A stretch of 62,507 bases of DNA, the filler included. It is 10 parts of 10 records of this genome, joined end to end, with 100 filler letters (N's around TTAATTAATTAA, not from the genome) between each part and the next. Parts side by side here need not be neighbours in the genome. Positions count along the whole stretch, not along the records: positions 57,356 to 62,507 come from SRR31147125_154019; 9 more parts are not named here. One strand, 5' to 3'. The first letter of the stretch is position 1; the number at the start of each line of letters is the position of its first letter. The position numbers and the translations under genes are program-made. The notes below the pieces were generated by a model that worked only from the letters and a program-made list of their open reading frames with translations, was not told the origin of the DNA and did no database searches. This document shows positions 61,946 to 62,507 of the stretch, piece after piece.

Positions 61946-62507
61946 TTATGCTTTTGTCTTTTCGTTTTTAGGATCGTAGACCGGCATGGCAACCACTTCT
62001 GCAGGCCGTTTGATACCGAGAATCTCCACTTCCAGCTTGGTTCCGGGGACGGCCAAATCCGGGGCAATGTAACCGAGAGCAATACTCTTTCCCACTCTGT
62101 GGCCAAATGCGCCGCAGGAAGTGATCCCCACTCGCTCATTTCCCTTATAAATGCCGTTGTATCCATAAGGATCTGCATCTTCAACTTCCACGACCATACA
62201 GGCCAGTTTCTGGGTGATGCCCTCATCTTTTTGTTTTTGGATGGCGTCTTTACCGATGAACTCGCTGTCCATCTTCACGGTCCAGGCCACATTGGTCTCC
62301 AGCGGCGTATGGTGACGATTCATTTCCACTTTCCATGCCAGGTATCCCTTCTCGATTCTCATGGACTCCATGGCATGCATCCCGAACATCTTCAGGTTGA
62401 ATTCCTCACCTACGGCCGTCAGATGGTTGTAAAGAGAGATCTGCTGCTCGATGGGATGGAAAATTTCGAATCCGAGCTCACCCACATAATTCATGCGGTT
62501 GACCCGG
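61946..62507 (-). CDS. GcvT-domain protein C-terminus (dimethylglycine/sarcosine dehydrogenase-like)
   Basis: NYVGELGFEI, SMRIEKGY, FIGK, G.ITS..FGH.VGKSIALGY, YDP.N. Confidence 0.85.
   Translation of the reverse strand, partial: RVNRMNYVGELGFEIFHPIEQQISLYNHLTAVGEEFNLKMFGMHAMESMRIEKGYLAWKVEMNRHHTPLETNVAWTVKMDSEFIGKDAIQKQKDEGITQKLACMVVEVEDADPYGYNGIYKGNERVGITSCGAFGHRVGKSIALGYIAPDLAVPGTKLEVEILGIKRPAEVVAMPVYDPKNEKTKA

Noticed and set aside
1-62507. rRNA, tRNA, CRISPR arrays, transposases, integrases, phage or defence genes
   Set aside because: None was recognised on either strand by inspection. A covariance-model scan was not possible.

Overview
This window is not one locus. It is ten unrelated contigs of about 5-9 kb, joined by nine identical 100-nt N/TTAATTAATTAA spacers, from what looks like an anaerobic-community metagenome. 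Many genes are split by single-base deletions in homopolymers, which is probably sequencing error. Contents by contig: (A, 1-7668) three MmgE/PrpD genes, a LeuC/LeuD-type hydratase and a TAXI-TRAP transporter. (B, 7769-13913) TonB receptor, CNNM protein, and 6-hydroxynicotinate reductase-UPF0280-yqeB. (C, 14014-19479) esterase, MscS, a DUF2092/beta-barrel cluster and a hybrid kinase. (D, 19580-24875) a eukaryotic GCN1 gene fragment with about 23 short GT-AG introns. (E, 24976-30210) an exopolysaccharide locus that also carries a nucleotidyltransferase, an S24/S26 peptidase and an HPr-kinase-like gene. (F, 30311-38942) PucR regulator, an unassigned glycyl radical enzyme, a flavoprotein and a sugar ABC transporter. 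(G, 39043-45204) an uncharacterised ligase-like/PSD/Lgt-like/DUF2062 operon upstream of phnCD. (H, 45305-50818) an hdrA-mvhD-FeS-fdh operon with three in-frame UGA (selenocysteine) codons, each followed by a SECIS-like hairpin. (I, 50919-57255) oadB, a REC-MBL-cNMP fusion, HD-GYP, and the mercury-methylation pair hgcAB, with a probable Sec in HgcB. (J, 57356-62507) GcvT-like oxidoreductase, etfBA and a membrane Fe-S ETF oxidoreductase. The best candidates for undescribed systems are the contig G operon, the contig F GRE locus and the contig E peptide-modification-like cassette. All family assignments come from motif recognition by eye; no searches were run.
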